A DNA stretch of 32,000 nucleotides. Origin: Candidatus Peribacter riflensis. Its GTDB lineage: Bacteria > Patescibacteriota > Gracilibacteria > Peribacterales > Peribacteraceae. The stretch lies in NCBI GenBank assembly GCA_001430755.1, contig CP013062.1, positions 1,140,001-1,172,000 on the forward strand. Direction: 5' to 3'. Below the pieces are notes generated by a model, which saw only the letters and a list, made by a program, of their open reading frames with translations, searched no databases and was not told the DNA's origin. The stretch's first letter is position 1. The number at the start of each line of letters is the position of its first letter. Made by a program: the position numbers and the translations under genes. Below are positions 31,697 to 32,000 of the stretch, piece after piece.

Positions 31697-32000
31697 ATGA
31701 TCGTGTACACTGAAGATTCCCGCTGCACGCCACGCTTCGCCGTCTCTCCACCACTATTCTCACCGGCATGCTCCTCTTCATTTGGCTTTGCCTTGTTTCC
31801 CAGCTTTTCTTTTGCCAAAGGAATGATGGGTTTCTCGTATTCATCCCCCGATAATGCCGCCGTACAAAGCCAGCAACAGGAAGAGCAAGAAGGTAAGCAG
31901 TTTTTGGACAACCTCAACAGCAAAACAGTTACCTGTTCGCATCTCAAAGATGCAGATTTTGAGAAAATTAGTGAGTATTTTATGGGTCAATCTATAGGAG
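31697..32000 (+). CDS. partial small secreted protein (runs off the window end)
   Basis: Open frame from ATG 31697 to the window edge; it is absent from the ORF track because it has no stop. It encodes ...KGMMGFSYSS...QQQEEQEGKQFLDNLNSKTVTCSHLKDADFEKISEYFMGQSIG. The start is uncertain (in-frame ATGs at 31823 and 31826), and a better signal-peptide-like sequence lies in another frame from ATG 31768. Confidence 0.45.
   Translation, partial: MIVYTEDSRCTPRFAVSPPLFSPACSSSFGFALFPSFSFAKGMMGFSYSSPDNAAVQSQQQEEQEGKQFLDNLNSKTVTCSHLKDADFEKISEYFMGQSIG

Noticed and set aside
31672-31947. A 91-aa minus-strand ORF at the window end.
   Set aside because: It is antisense to the plus-strand open frame, whose product resembles known small secreted proteins (EYFMGQ motif). 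It has no motifs and odd Cys/Ser-rich composition.
1-32000. Alternative genetic code (UGA recoding), as seen in some candidate phyla.
   Set aside because: Conserved genes terminate cleanly at TGA (dedA, uppP, RR, CDF, DUF302, nnrD). No family-recognisable ORF is interrupted by an in-frame TGA.

Overview
This is a GC-rich (about 60% by eye) bacterial chromosomal segment that uses the standard genetic code: TGA, TAA and TAG each terminate recognisable genes. It holds about 36 protein genes in short blocks of alternating strand, plus one tRNA-Trp(CCA). No rRNA, CRISPR array, transposase or integrase gene is visible.

Gene content falls into three groups:
- Housekeeping: recJ, dnaJ, jag, HU, topA, a dGTPase-like HD hydrolase, pgeF and nnrD.
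- Cell envelope: DedA-UppP, an SLH-like protein, two M23 peptidases (one with LysM domains), a DD-carboxypeptidase, FtsQ, a GT4 glycosyltransferase, and an LAPTG-anchored protein next to a thrombospondin-type-3 calcium-repeat protein.
- Two accessory-looking blocks: (a) 22185-29064, a MacB-type ABC exporter with an unusually long membrane-fusion adaptor, a divergent OmpR-family response regulator and histidine kinase, and a secreted Met/Gly-rich protein; (b) 29137-32000, a DoxX / membrane protein / CDF / DUF302 cluster that looks metal-related.

The combination of sortase-type and SLH signals, a zinc-finger-less TopA and many small secreted proteins suggests an uncultivated small-genome lineage. 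That is inference only.

The most interesting signals are non-genic:
1. One promoter layout (two (T/C)CTTAAN boxes 11 bp apart, then 10-11 nt, then TAnnnT) occurs three times around the two-component system. It ties the exporter operon, the regulator operon and the secreted protein gene into one predicted regulon.
2. Several GC-rich repeat families are present. One is a 64-nt element with a conserved hairpin, in two copies at 89% identity. Another is a 30-35-nt palindrome in three copies, one of which supplies the C-terminal tails of two convergent genes. A third is a 69-bp hairpin element with 12-bp terminal inverted repeats, and a relative of its core appears to be inserted in frame in the dGTPase-like gene.
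3. Fragments of tRNA-Trp lie on both sides of the tRNA gene.
4. Start-codon context is atypical. Many starts have extended -10 boxes 6-10 nt upstream (leaderless or near-leaderless layout), and C/T-rich tracts replace Shine-Dalgarno sequences.

I did not find a clearly novel multi-gene system such as a defence island. The two-component-controlled exporter module and the structured repeat-rich region at 15887-16244 are the best candidates for follow-up.
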